A stretch of 64,000 nt of DNA, from the NCBI GenBank assembly GCA_001938485.1, contig MQRK01235832.1, forward strand, positions 50,472 to 114,471, read 5' to 3'. Positions within the stretch are counted from its first letter, which is position 1. Each line of letters starts with the position of its first letter. The translations under genes and the position numbers were made by a program. Positions 12,784 through 26,028 of this stretch are shown here, piece after piece. Origin of the DNA: Girardia tigrina (taxonomy: Eukaryota). Below the pieces are notes generated by a model that saw only the letters and a list, made by a program, of their open reading frames with translations, was not told the origin of the DNA and did not search any database.

Positions 12784-14209
12784 CAGGGTTTTTCATTGAA
12801 ATTCGACAAAATTGGAGGAGCCAAAAGTAAAATAATTAAAAATAAAGTAAAGGATTTGAAATAATTTTTTTGAAAAAATATATGAATAAAATATAAATGA
12901 ATAAAAATATAATCATACTGTTATATTTATAAAACATTTAGACAATAAAGAATATTTGGTAAAAAGAAATAATATAAAAGTTAAACAACAAAAATTCAAA
13001 AGTTCAATTATTTATTATTTCATTATTCACAGATTTCAGAATGTAAGAAAACATGTTCCTCTAATATCCTTGACAGTCCGTGCCTGAGGTTGACTGCGAA
13101 CCATTTCTTATTGTTTCGAGAAGTTCATTTTCGTTTCTTGAGTTTAACTATATTCTTTTAACTATATTCTTCCACTTTAAAAACATGTTTTCGATCGGAT
13201 TAAGGAAATTTGAATATGGAGGAAGATATAGCAGTTCAAATCCTCTTTCTTCGACTAACTTTTTAATAATTGCTGCATGATGAAACCTTACATTATCCAT
13301 GACAAAAATTTCAGATACAATATTTTTTTGTATGAGATTTTCAACCAGATTTCTTATGAAATCATAGAATATGTCGGTTTTAAATGCATAATCTTGCGAT
13401 GAATAATATATAATTTCATTTTTTTGTCACTGTGCAACAAATCGATAAGTTACGAGATCTCACTGAAGCGAAAATTTTGTTGTCAAATGTACCTCTTTCT
13501 GATCTTCCAAAATTTGTTTTCATTGCTAAAAAAAGCGACATAATCGATAAAAAATATCTGATTTTCATTATAAGAATTCAATTTGTTTAAAAAAGATAGG
13601 GCGTAGTTTCTTCTAAGGCTTACAGTAAATTCGTAATTTCTTTTGACTGGAACCAAATTTAATCTCTTGAATGTAAAATTGAATCCTTCCAGTATCCTGT
13701 GAATTGTTGATCTAGAAACAGAGATATCAAAGTTAGTTTGGACCATATTCGAAAGATCTTTTAAAGATCGAGTACAATCTTCTCCAACCCACTCCGTTAT
13801 TTGAGCCTTCTTTTCATCTGAAAGTTTAGCTCTATCGCCATTTGTAATCTTTTCTAAATTTATTCCAGAACTTAAATATTTTGAAATGATCGTTTGTACA
13901 TTTGTTCTCTTCAAGTCCATTACTTCCGCGATATTCTTGACTGAATTTCGTTTTAAATAGGATGCAATAATTCTATGTCGATTTTCATTAGATGTTGTTT
14001 TAGTTTCTCTCATTTTAAGACATTTAAACTACTGAAGAATTTAACAATCATAAAGAAATATCTAATTTACTGATTATTAATGGATTTTTTTATATTCGGC
14101 TAAGAAAACAATATATTTGTAGTTTTTACATCCTATTTCTGTATTTTTTATGATTTCAAATTTTTAATAATTTTATCTTTGACTCCTCCAATTTTGTCGA
14201 GTTTCCCTG
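12784..14209 (-). mobile_element. Tc1/IS630-superfamily DD34E (Gambol-like) transposon, frame-shifted
   Basis: TIR CAGGG...GAAATTCGACAAAATTGGAGGAG at both ends, TA on the left. HTH ORF 13483-14013; IFFID, VMDNVRFHH and YLPPYSNFLNPIE with 34 residues between D and E. Confidence 0.88.
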
Positions 14210-14339
14210 TCTTATTAAACTTTTTAAATATATATTTTATTTCCTTTATTTAATTTTATTTATTTCATATTATTATTTATCATATACTTAGGGAAAAAAG
14301 GCAGTAAGTCAAGCAAACAAGTCAGCAATATACAATTCA

Positions 14340-14800
14340 ACAATATAAACAGTTTAAGGTTTTTGAAACACAATGATTGATCGTCTTTGGACAAATAGAG
14401 AAGAAGATATTTGAGTTGTAAACAAAAACATAAAATACAAAAAGGATTTTTTTAAAAACTTCCGAAACATAAGATATTTGCGAAATAAATCTGGTATACT
14501 CTTTTTAAACTGGCATATTATTTAGACGTGTTTGACGTGAATGATAATTATAAAAATGACTTATTTTGCATTTGACGGAACTCACGCGACCGACCCAATA
14601 TCAACAAATACCAGTTACACGAAAACATTAAAGGGCACGTGGAATCTATTTATACACCGAAGATGTAAATGATACATTCGAATATGAACACAAGTTTACC
14701 CGGAGCTAACATTCCTTATTTATAAAATAAATATTTAGATGCATTTTTACTTATTTAAAAAAGGAAAGAATTGGATATTTGCCACAAAAGATTGTATTTG
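14340..14800 (-). mobile_element. Decayed CR1/L2-type LINE 3' fragment
   Basis: Weak remnants resembling CR1-group ORF2 C-terminus and 3' tail; many stops. Confidence 0.3.
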
Positions 14801-14838
14801 TAAATGTGTAAAAATTTATCAGTGATTTTAATAATATC

Positions 14839-15683
14839 TTTTATTTATACATATTTCTAAGTAAAATATATAAATTCCAACACTCTTCTCTATGTTTTCT
14901 TCAAAAATTTTGTTTAGACTGACAAACAATTACAATATTTGGCCGATGTGCGCGAAGACTGAACGTAAGGAAACAAAAGAAGGAATACCAAACACAATGA
15001 AAAAAGAGAGAAATAGTTAATGTCTTTAAATATTTATCATTATTAAAAGTATTAAAGCAATTTTTAAATATCAGAAGAGGAAAGTACTAACAGAATACTC
15101 TCATATTTTATTATATTAGCATTTTAAAGAATTCTTTCTACACTATTCATACATTTGTCCGGGTGTGGTCCCCGAGTTTGTTACATTGATATTATCTTTC
15201 ATTATAGAAGTTTGTTTTATTTTTTATTCAAAAATCTATTTTTAATATTTACAACACAATTTAAAAAAATATTACATTTTTCTTTTACTATATTTAGAAT
15301 TAGAAAGTTCTTTTAATTTAACAGAAGTGTTTAATTTATTTTTAATTAATTTTTTTATAACTTGAAATATATTAGCCGATTCCACCACTAATAATATGAC
15401 ATAATTTGATAATAAAAAACACAATTTAATTATTAAAACTTTTATTTCAACAAAACCGTAACACTAAACTTCACATAAAATTAAAACGGTACAACATAGA
15501 ACTATAATTACTTTTTGTTATTCGGATTCGCCGACTTAGTGCTTTAATACCATAATATAGTTGACCGGCGATTTGCCGGCTTCGTGTGTCAATGAGTTAA
15601 GTCACTAGAGTTTTATTTATATATATTTCTAAGTGAAATATATAAATTCCAATACTCTTCTCTATGTTTTCTTCAAAAATTTT
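14839..15683 (+). repeat. ~72-bp direct repeat pair (14839-14910 and 15611-15683)
   Basis: TTTTATTTAT..ATATTTCTAAGT.AAATATATAAATTCCAA.ACTCTTCTCTATGTTTTCTTCAAAAATTT occurs twice. Confidence 0.75.
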
Positions 15684-15839
15684 AGAAGTGGATCATCTAA
15701 ATCCACTTCGTTTGTTTTTTTTTATAATAAGCCTCCCCCGACTGAACGGACAACTGTAGAGACTACAGTACCAGCATTGGTGTATTTGGTAGTGAGTCAT
15801 AGACTCTGTATCGGATAGAAACCAAAAATAGACAATATA

Positions 15840-17150
15840 GAACCTACTGACTTTCTCGCACGGCTTTATGTGCAAGAATGCGAGCTTTCAGTGCACGGGC
15901 ACGCTTCGGTTTTCCATTCAGAAAGAACCAGTCATGATCCCTCGTACCGTGATTCTGTAGAGCTTTGGCTGTGTAAAGACGTTTCGTACAATGAGTAAAG
16001 GGACACAGAAATATCTCAACATCATTTGTATTACTTAACCGAAAGTCGAGAACCACCCTTGGAATCACTCCTGGGTCCGTCTCCGCGGTACCGTCGAGGG
16101 CATTGACACATCATGCATCGCGATCGGGTTCGAAGATTTCGTACATCCTTCATCTGCGTTATTTTTTGAAGCACTAGTACCACTGATACTGCCTTTGGTT
16201 GGGTGATCGATCAATAAATGTCTCTTTCACCATCCATCCGTTTTATGTCTTCATTCATCTATCTTAATTTGTGAAACGCTAGTACCACTGGTATTGCCTT
16301 GGTTTCGGTGATAGATCAATAAATGTTTCATTAACCATCCATCCGTTTTATAGGTCTTGTGACAATTTTCCATGGGACATTGGAAAGGTTTGTCACCAAT
16401 CTGACGCTGCGGCGTCGTGACCGTATGTACGTTTTTGATGTGTCTTCTTAGTTCCTTCTATTCCGCAAAAGCTTTGAAACAAGAAGGATACGTGCATTGC
16501 CCTCTTTTGATACGCGGCTGGAGCATTTTCGGGTACTCTTTCCTTTGTTCAATCACTTCTATCAGTCTTTCAGACACAGTTCCTTTGATTTGGTGCTTGA
16601 ATTTCTCTTCAGTGTCGAGGATTCCTCTCTTATTCAAGCATTCCTGGTATTCGACCAGATCTTCTTGGCCGCCGAATAACCAGAGCATATCGCGGGCGAT
16701 ACGCTCCTTCATCAACTGCTTTTTACGGCCGCTAACTTTTCTATTTCCTGAGGCCATTTCAGAATTTATTACTCTTTTTACCTCACGTACACCTTTTCGT
16801 TTATTGTACTCATAGAATACTTTACGCCGTTTCACCAGTACCACACGCGTCTCGGGCAAACCAATTGGCATATCCGTATTACGTAGTCTGTCAAGTGTAG
16901 TTTTACCAAGAGTAGTGCGTGTACAGGTATTATGAAAAGCTTGTAGCCGGGCTACCTCTTTTTAGGTGTTACCCAGCACTCACTCTCATAATACACTGCC
17001 GGACAAATGCTTGATTCGATTAGTCTTCTTTTCAACGCTATAGGAACTCTGTTACTTTGAATCACAGGCTGCAATTCTCGTAACTTATTCATTCCACAAC
17101 GCAACCGCTCACCAATATCAGGACTGCAGCTACCACGATTTTGACACATA
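15840..17150 (-). mobile_element. 5'-truncated RTE-like LINE with C-terminal C2H2 zinc fingers
   Basis: Post-RT motif LKRRLIESSICPAVYYESECW; then CTYPSC..F...ELRRHIKNVH and CPFTHC...LQNHGTRDH. Confidence 0.65.
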
Positions 17151-17865
17151 GAAACACATATTAAAATGGTATATTTTTCGTATGTTATCGATTCAGTAAT
17201 TCGACTTTCTTGTGTTATTAAGCTACATAATATTGAGAAAATTTTTATGTTAAATAATAAAAAGCGACCCAGGAAAGGTAGGAGGAAATATAAAATGTTT
17301 TAATAATAAATATTAATTTCAAGTCGCTTTATTGATTGAAAAACACTATACTAAAGCAGGGTTTTTACTAAATGTGACTTCGACATATATAAATTATTGA
17401 TTTGTACACAAAAACATTATTCTGAGGTTTAAGAAAGCCAAAAAAGAATGCATACTTTTATTTACTTGTTATAATTATTAGGAAGTTTCCCTAAATAGAT
17501 TAAAGTTTTTATATAAAGAAAATTATAAAATTTTAGTTTATATTTTCAATGAATAAAGAATAAATTAAACCCAATTTAACATAAATAATTATTTTCCTGG
17601 AGACAAAAAGACCTGCGTCAATAAGACATTACATCTTACAATAAACTTTGACAGATAAAATGTATCTTATTTGAATAAATAATTATTTATAATATTTATT
17701 TAAAATTAAAGTCCAACGCGAATTTATATAAATTTCGACAATTTTAGATAGATCAATTCCAAGCGAAATAAATTTATCCTGATAATATTAATATTTTATT
17801 TGTCATTTATTATAGAGGTATTTGATCTATATTCCGATTTTGCAATCAATTTTCCACAAAATATC

Positions 17866-18017
17866 ATTTATTTAGCTCAAAAGCATTAGAAATGGCTTTG
17901 GTTGGTTGACCTTGCCGAATTCTACTTGCAATATATTCTACAATATATATATTGTAAGTAGAATTCAGCAAGGTCAACCAACCAAAGTCATTTCTAATGC
18001 TTTTGAGCTGAATAAAT
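17866..18017. repeat. Near-perfect hairpin with ~70-bp arms
   Basis: ATTTATTTAGCTCAAAAGCATTAGAAATGG... pairs with ...CATTTCTAATGCTTTTGAGCTGAATAAAT, with 4 mismatches. Confidence 0.85.
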
Positions 18018-18028
18018 TTCATTAGTTC

Positions 18029-18390
18029 TGTGAGGAATGTTTTGAATTGTGTATTGATATTTGTGCATGTAGAATGTTGATTCGGATTGTACCTCTCCTA
18101 CACAGATGGATGATTGATATTTTCTTTGATTCCTACTAATTAAAAATAATTTAATTTAATTTTAAAGTAAAAAGATTTAAAATAATTTTTGAATGTATTA
18201 TTTATTTTTTTAATGTAATTTAATTTTAACCAATTAGATTCTTTATAATTTAATAATTTTTATTAACAGATTTTCATTTATTGAAAATAATTAGTTTGAA
18301 CTCAGAAAGAATTGATCAAGAGAGATGTCAAATAGTGAATGCGCTTGTAATATTAATAAATGTTGTAAACCTCATATTGATGTTGTTAAT
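18029..18390 (+). mobile_element. Solo LTR of the Gypsy element at 37501-38900
   Basis: Starts TGTGAGGAAT and is closely similar (reverse complement) to 37505-37924. Confidence 0.85.
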
Positions 18391-19140
18391 AAGTTCAAAG
18401 AAATATTACGATTCTTAAGAAAATCAGCGAAACAGATGCAAAGCATAAGGAGGGTGATTGAAGATCTGAACTTGATGACAATAAAAAAACACCAAATAAA
18501 AGCCTAGGTGGGTGAAAATTGACTTCTTAGTCTGAAGATAAATTGATTGAAAAGATTAATGATGTTTTTGGATTGAATGTGTCGCAAAGTACCATTGGCC
18601 GTAGTCTCACTGTAGTTCCTGCTCCACGATATGCGTATGCTGAGAAATTAAGGACTGATAATGCTAACAAACTAATGTTCTTAAATGAAGTTTGTTTTGC
18701 AGTGTCTAAACGAATAAAAAAGGAAGGTCTCTAATAGGTACTTTTACATTTGTTTTTGTTTCTGTTCTTGCTTCAATAAAAATTCATGACAAGGCATTAC
18801 AAAGTGAAGATTTAAAAGCCGTATTTGTTGAACTTTAAAATATTCATCAACAAAAGAAGAATAAATTATTATTCTGGATTAAAAGATGTAATCATGCGTC
18901 TTAATTTGGTATTAGAATACTTCGTCCTATATTCCACTTATTCAAAGCCAAAGGAGAATTGTTTCTCTAAATGGATAAAACTATGTTATGCACAATTGAG
19001 CTAAAAACGAAGAAGAATTTTAAAGTTTCATTGAAGAAGGTTTTGGTTTAATTGATACATTTAATTGTGATGGATATTTTAAGAAGATACTTAGATTTGT
19101 CTTGAAAGCTGAAAAGAGCGAAACAATTCTTGAATAAATG
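18391..19140 (+). mobile_element. Highly decayed DD34E (Gambol-like) transposase
   Basis: FGLNVSQSTIGRSL, FLNEVCFAVS and ENCFSKW remnants similar to the 12784-14209 element. Confidence 0.6.
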
Positions 19141-20249
19141 TTTTAAATTAAAAATAATTTTTTTGGAAAATATTTACTTTTTCAATGCCTTTAATTATTA
19201 TAATTTTAATAATTTTTTACCTTGTCTATTTTTAAAATTTTTTTAAAATTTAATTTCTTTTCAAAACTTTTTGCAAGAAATAAAATTATTAAAAAATTGA
19301 TTGCAAAAATTCGAAAACTAGTTGCAAAAATTGTAAAAAAGATCGAAAAATCTTATATTCCTTTCACTAAAAATAAATTATCAAGAAATTATTTAGCAAA
19401 AAAAATAGTAAAATAATTTATTTTCCCATAATATATAAAATAAAATATTTTTTTTTCTTTTTATGAAAGGAAACTCGTAAAAGTACTTAGAAAAAAAATT
19501 TTAGATTGATATTTTTTCAAGTAATTCTTGTAAACAAAGTTTTTAAATCGAGTTTTTGAAGGTTTCCTTATTAGCTTGGCGAAAGAAAAGGAAGAAAACT
19601 CCGTATTAGTTTTCTTTATTTTGGTACATAGAATATTTTTCTGCAATTTTTTTTCTGAAAAATTCGACAACAGTTGGTAGGGATAAGTGAAGGCCGTCAG
19701 TCAAAGTCTCCCAACAAGACAAATTAATGGGAAAACACATGCTTAGAAGATAATCACAAATGCAAACACTTCGTCACTATTAATTAAACTGTGCCACTTG
19801 CGATTTCACGCTGGGAAATAGAAAATTAATAAAAAAAGAAACACGGAAAAAGTTTTCAATTTTCAATTAAACTAAAACGTATACTTTGAAAAAAATTAAA
19901 ATAAATGTCAAAGGTTGTTTAGAAAAATAATGTTTTTTAATAAAGTCGAGTTTTTCCCTATTCTTGATGATTTGTCGTAGATTTAATGAACTAATTGCCG
20001 ACTTTTGGCTTTGCAGGATTGAAACTGTTATTTCTGTGTGGTATTTAATTAATGTAGAAGGATAAACAAAAAGAATTCCCGGAGTCTTGACAAATCTCGA
20101 TTTGTCTGTATCCGGACAGCCACCATTACCCTACTGACAGGGCTCTCCTTTCAATTCTTCTAATATCTTTTAATGGTTTATTAAATGAAATTCAGAATTA
20201 TTTGTCTATGAAATATTTGTCTATCTGGTTGATAAATTTATAATAAATA

Positions 20250-20697
20250 ATATAATTATTAACAACATCACAATTTGAATGCAAACATTTATTTACAACG
20301 CAAACAGATTCTTCACAACAATTTTCAGTGGTCATCTTTCTTTGATTAATATAGTTTTTGATTAAATATTTAANNNNNNNNNNNNNNNNNNNNNNNNNNN
20401 NNNNNNNNNNNNNNNNNNNNNNNNNNNNNNNNNNNNNNNNNNNNNNNNNNNNNNNNNNNNNNNNNNNNNNNNNNNNNNNNNNNNNNNNNNNNNNNNNNNN
20501 NNNNNNNNNNNNNNNNNNNNNNNNNNNNNNNNNNNNNNNNNNNNNNNNNNNNNNNNNNNNNNNNNNNNNNNNNNNNNNAATTTCATTAGATTCAAATAAT
20601 TAATCAAATAACATATCAATCCCATCTGAGTAGGAGAGTCACAAATCAAAACAGCATACAAACAACAAACTTACAACATTCACAATTATCCCTCACA
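20250..20697 (-). mobile_element. Solo LTR of a related family, spanning an assembly gap
   Basis: Minus-strand TGTGAGGG start at 20697, CTCCTACTCAGATGGGATTGATAT motif, and a 3' end GATGTTGTTAATAA as in the other LTRs. Confidence 0.65.
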
Positions 20698-20799
20698 ATA
20701 ATAATTATTGCCAAACCTTTAGACCATTATTTTTCTGTTTTTCCTTCGAAATATCAAATTTTTTATAATGTAAAATAATTATAAGTTATCTTTAAGAGA

Positions 20800-21050
20800 T
20801 AAAATACCAATTATAAAATTTATTGCGATAAATTTCAACGGATCAAACGTCATAATCAAGCAAAACTACATCAACACCGGTAAAGTGACCTTTATATCGA
20901 AAGATTGATTACATAATCATTTCTTAATCATTAAAATATCAAAAAATTCTCAATAAAGTAGAAGAGGATGGTGTTTGAACGTTGATGTTTTGGTAAAGGG
21001 TCCGCATCATTAGTGCTTCCCATATTATCCTCTCCCAGCAATTATCAACA
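20800..21050 (-). mobile_element. Penelope-like GIY-YIG 3' end with a degenerate hammerhead
   Basis: WERIIWEALMMR...INVQTPSSSTLLRIF; TTGATTATGACGTTTGATCCGTTGAAAT at about 20831-20859. Confidence 0.7.
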
Positions 21051-22014
21051 TTTGAAAAGTACTTAAATCTACTCTACTATTTAAGCATTTCTTTCTATGT
21101 TGAGCAATGTAATTCTTATAAATGTTAAATAAATTTACAAACCTTAATTCTAGACTATAAGGCAATTTTCAAATAAAGAGCGAAAAGTCGCATATTTCGA
21201 TAATAATTATGCACAACAAAAGAAAAAGCACAAATATTTCCAAACATTACCACTTCATAATTAAATAAAAATCTTCACAAAAGGAAATTATAAGTATTAT
21301 CAAGGAGAAGATCCCTCAAACCAATGGTATCCGAAATATGGCCCACTTGACCCTCAAGAACTATCGGACTTAATTCTTCTATGCTACATCGGCTAAAGCA
21401 TATCTTATTATACATTTGTTGTTATTTAAACTCATGTACAAATCCAGAGCAATTTTATTTTTCATGGATTCGATTATTCAAAAATTAAAGGCATATGGAT
21501 TGACTATGTGAGGATCACGACGAGTTATCAACTTCCATAATCGATCCATAAGCCAAACAATTGGGACTCATTAATTTAATGGTACTTTCTATAGCAAAAC
21601 AACAATGTCGTCGCCATCATCTGCAAATATTTACTGAGTCAACAGGTGAAAATGACGACTACTTTACTGAATTTAGTAAACTACTGATGACCAAATGTAC
21701 TTATAACCCAGTTATAGATAGTAATACCTGAAGATGTATTAGAGTTTTATCGTGGAATGATTATGAAAGGCCTAATGGGTTACGGTTTTACACTGAGATG
21801 TAAATAGACTATCATAACTAGGTATTCAATCTATACCTTGACCAAAATTGTCTTGCATGATTGAGAACAAGAATAAACCCATCTAGAATTAATTTGATTA
21901 ATCTATTCAATCTCCATAATTGAACTTCCCAGATATTGTTTTTTATAATTATTTGAAGTATATTATACTTCCACAAAATTAGACAGGATTGTAAGAAGGG
22001 TGTACTATAGAAAA

Positions 22015-22293
22015 CAGTAAAGCAACCAGGGAGGTTCAAGGGTGCCTTTGAAACACCCAAATTTTTCTAATTATATTTAATATTTATAAAAAAATAAAAA
22101 TGAAATAAATTTAATTTGAAAATTCGACTCAAATTCAAATTCCTATACTCGTATGTAAAAACAACATTATTTAAATTCATGTATTTATTCCGAGTTTTAA
22201 AAGAAATTAATTAAATACATATTTTTTGAAATATTTAATGGGTTAAAAATTATTTTTTGCACCCCCCAATAAGAATTGCTGGTTGCACCCCTG
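22015..22293. mobile_element. hAT-type MITE
   Basis: Imperfect TIR CAG....GCAACCAG / CTGGTTGCACCCCTG. Flanks ATAGAAAA and AGAGAAAG match at 6 of 8 positions. Confidence 0.5.
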
Positions 22294-22329
22294 AGAGAAA
22301 GTATTTCTATCAAACTTCAAAATCCGCCG

Positions 22330-22570
22330 AATTTGCCACCAATGACTCCTAATTTATTCATTTAGCGAAACTTTTCAATTTATATCTCATTACAAAAAAA
22401 TATTTTTATTTAATTTATATCATTCTTAAATTAAGCTTTGATCAAAACCACGCAAAATATATTTGATAGCCATCTTTAAAATTTGTAGAACATCCTCTAC
22501 ATTTCTATATCTTTATAAGGAATGCCTCGTTGTTTTAATATATCATCATCAGCAAACATAAGTTAGTACT
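22330..22570 (-). mobile_element. LINE reverse-transcriptase fragment
   Basis: LMFADD motif at about 22540-22562 on the minus strand. Confidence 0.45.
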
Positions 22571-22689
22571 AATAATTAAAAAAAACCTCTAAAATAAATC
22601 ACAAACGCTCCATGAATCACAAGCTAATCTGGGATGGATTCAAACATCTGTTTAAAGGTTTCATTAGGGAAATGATGCATAATATAGAG

Positions 22690-23770
22690 ATGATATAATA
22701 TAAAGATATATAATTTTCGATGAAATCTTCTTGATTATTAATAACGAGAATATCTCTCCATTTTTAAATTATATGAATTCTTTGCATTTAAATGTAAAGT
22801 TCACTATGGAGACCGAGAATGACAATAAATTATCGTTACTGGATTTCTTAATTGAGAGAAAGAATGGTTCTTATGAGACTGAGATTTACAGAAAGAAAAC
22901 TGATACAGGGTTGTATACAACCCCGAATATTTTTTGTGAATCTAAATATCATAGAAATATGATATTATGGGCGTTTTTCATCTACATATAGGCGATGTGA
23001 TGAAAGTCTTAATAAATTAACAAAATTGTTATATGATAATGGATTTTCCAAATCAGTAGTTGATAATCCAACGAAAGAAACTAGTGATAAATTAATTGAA
23101 AAAAGTAATAGTAGAAAACTTACAGATGTTCAAGATCAAGATCAATCTTGTAACACTTATAAAAATAGTTTAAATCTTAGATACATTTTAACCGTACCTT
23201 ATTCAGAAGGTTTTAAAACATTTAAAAATTTTATTTTAAAAGCAGTAGATAATACAATAAATTTAAAAATAATCTCCCGTACCCAAAAATTGAAGGTATG
23301 TTTAGTAATAAATCTTCAACACCGTTATGATTGTGTTCGGATCTCATTAACCAATATACATGTAATGGGTATAATGTCATATACTTTGGAGGGAGTTCAC
23401 GTCATCTCTGTAAAAGAATCCAGGAATACAGTCGTAAGGAAAGTAATATTGCTTGACATAGTAAACATTGCAAAGGGGAGATAAACATCCATAACTTTAA
23501 AATTATATGCACTCAATTTAAGAATTAATGGGAGAGAGTGACATGTGAAGCGTTATGTATAAGATCTTTGGATCCTAAAATTAACGTTCAAAATGCATTC
23601 TCGACAACTTTATTGATAGTTTTTAAATGCTTTATTGATGACGTATTGATTACATAATCATTATCGGCAGTATATAAGTCCATTTCTTTTTTAAAAATTA
23701 GTTGTTCTGACGATTACGGTTAATCCGTCGAAATTAATAAACATTTTCAATTGGCTTTCAACTTTTAATT
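22690..23770 (+). mobile_element. 5'-truncated Penelope-like element (RT thumb, GIY-YIG and pLTR)
   Basis: FLNYMNSLHLNVKFTMETENDNKLSLLD...EIYRKKTDTGLY; YTC..YFG.SSRHLCKRIQE; ERVTCEAL; ends in a hammerhead motif. Confidence 0.88.
23703..23743 (+). ncRNA. Minimal hammerhead ribozyme motif
   Basis: TGTT-CTGACGA-TTACGG-TTAAT-CCGTC-GAAA-TTAATA-AACA. Stem I is TGTT/AACA; one mismatch at the base of stem II. Confidence 0.7.
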
Positions 23771-24102
23771 TTAACGAATATAGAGAAAAACGACTTTTGA
23801 ATCCAAATATTGTACAAATGCGAGTAATAAAGATCACTTGCTCTGAATCAGTGTGCTAAGAAGAATACATAGAACAGAAAGAATTAAATAGACACATGAG
23901 AAGATTGCACTTGAACACAGCGCCACCGATATTAATTATTAAATATTAATAATCAGTAATATTTAAGTTTATTACATTTTCTTATTTTTATTTTAATATT
24001 TTTGAATCTGAGTGATTGTTGTTGATGAAACCAAATATTTACCAAAATATTGAGATTATATATCGAGATTTATATTAATAAATAAGTATAAAATTTAATT
24101 AC

Positions 24103-24594
24103 CATTTCAATGCTCGGAATATTTTGACTTTCATATGAATCGGTATTATATGATGAACCTTCGAGGTAATCCGATGACAAAGAGAAGGAATCTGTACTAC
24201 CCCTATAGGTGAAAGGCTTTAATTCTCCAGAAGATTTTGTTTGTTTCATATGCCATCCTCGGAAAGCTGACATAGATTCTTCATAAGATGGAAGGGGTTT
24301 CTTTTCTGGTTCTATTCTTTTTTCCAAATGTAAAGAACTGTCAGATTGTGGAGGGGATGAATAAATCTTATTACTACTGTCATTATTATTAATAAAGTCA
24401 TTTCGATGTAATTGAATCGGTCGTTCTTCAAAACGATATCTTGAATGATATTGAATTTCACCTTTTTTATAATTTACGGATTCTGATTTTTTTATGATAG
24501 ATTTTTTTACGAGATTTTCTTTTGAAAAATCGGGAGATGGATGACGATTTCTGATCTTCTTCGATTTTAGTAAATCGGGAGGACATTTGATAAC
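24103..24594 (-). CDS. AFDN: Afadin exon 6, low-complexity region after RA2
   Basis: 492-nt open exon starting VIKCPPD (afadin LKRRPPD). CAG acceptor, GTAATT donor, phase 0/0. Confidence 0.75.
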
Positions 24595-25991
24595 CTGATG
24601 TAGAATCAATTGAAAATAATTTAAAAATTGTTCACCATAATCAATTAACTTCTAAAAACTTTTTTATAAATTAAAAAAAATAAATAATCAAAAAATATAA
24701 ATTAAAACATTCGTGTCAAAATTTTCTTAATTAAAAAGATGAATTTCTTTTTTATTAAAAAAATCTTTTAATTTTAATTTATTTTTGTGAATTAATTTCA
24801 ACGATTTGTTAAATGGTAAAATTTGTGACCCGACAAAAGAGCCAATTATTAAAAAGTTATTGAATATTTAAAAAAAGGATAGGTTTTTAATTTTGTTTTA
24901 TGTTATGTTTATTATGGTGAGTAAGTTTTGGTCATTAGATTTTTATTCACTTTGTTTTTAATTTATTTTTAATTTTCGTGTTAAAATATTTAACAAAATA
25001 AAGTATTTAGAAAGAAATCGAAAGTGATAAACGTACTAGTGTGCATAAAATTATACTAAAAATGATTCTGAAAGCAAAAGAATAGAACTAAAAATAAAAA
25101 CATTTAAATATTATTTGATAATTTTTTTAAGAAAATATTTTTAAAAATTAAAATTTAACAAAAAATCGAATAAGAAATTGATAATTCATTTTATTATTTT
25201 CAATTATTTGGTACAAAAATATGAAAATTCAATCAAGTAATTTTTATGCATTTGATATTATTTTATAACTTATTTTTTAGAAAATATTTGAAAAAGAAAT
25301 CAAAAATAAAAAAAAATATTAGTTCAAAAATCAGTAATAAATATGAAAAAATATTAAATTCTACAAAATATAAATTAAATATTAAAATTTATTTTTGTCA
25401 TTTAATAATTTATTTTCAAAAAGTCATATTTGAAAATTGAAATATATATTTTAAATTAATCAAAAATCAACAAAAAAATATTAATTTTTGATTTTTGAAA
25501 TTAGTTTGACACTAATAATGAAAATTTTTAATAAAAATTTTAGTTAATCCTTTGTTGTTTTTTATATATTACAAAATATTTAATTATAAACATAAGTTTT
25601 ATTCAAAATTAAAAACAATTATTCAAGAAAAATATTATAATTCAAAAATTAAAAAAATCAACGTTTTATCAAAATTAAAAAAATTTTAAAAATTCATCAC
25701 AAAGTATTTACAAAATTGAAAAATAAATTTTATTCTTTAAATAATTTTATTTTATTTTAATTAAAATTAATTCAATTATTAATTTACACATATTTTATTA
25801 ATTTAACATATTCTTTTATTTCATTTATTTATCTTCCGACAACCAGTCCCTAAGTAAATTAATTTAGAATAATTTTATTGAAAAATCTTCTGACCAAAAA
25901 ATCCTTTACCAAGAAAATATATTAAATTTTGTTATCCTACGATCAAATTAATTTAAAATCAAAAACGCCATTAAAATCAAATGTTATTGTC

Positions 25992-26028
25992 GCAATATAT
26001 TTCGGTGGATTTTCCACCATCTTCAGGC
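25992..26028 (-). ncRNA. Minimal hammerhead ribozyme motif (sense to afadin pre-mRNA)
   Basis: GC-CTGAAGA-T-GGTGG-AAAAT-CCACC-GAAA-TATATT-GC, with perfect stem II. Confidence 0.82.
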
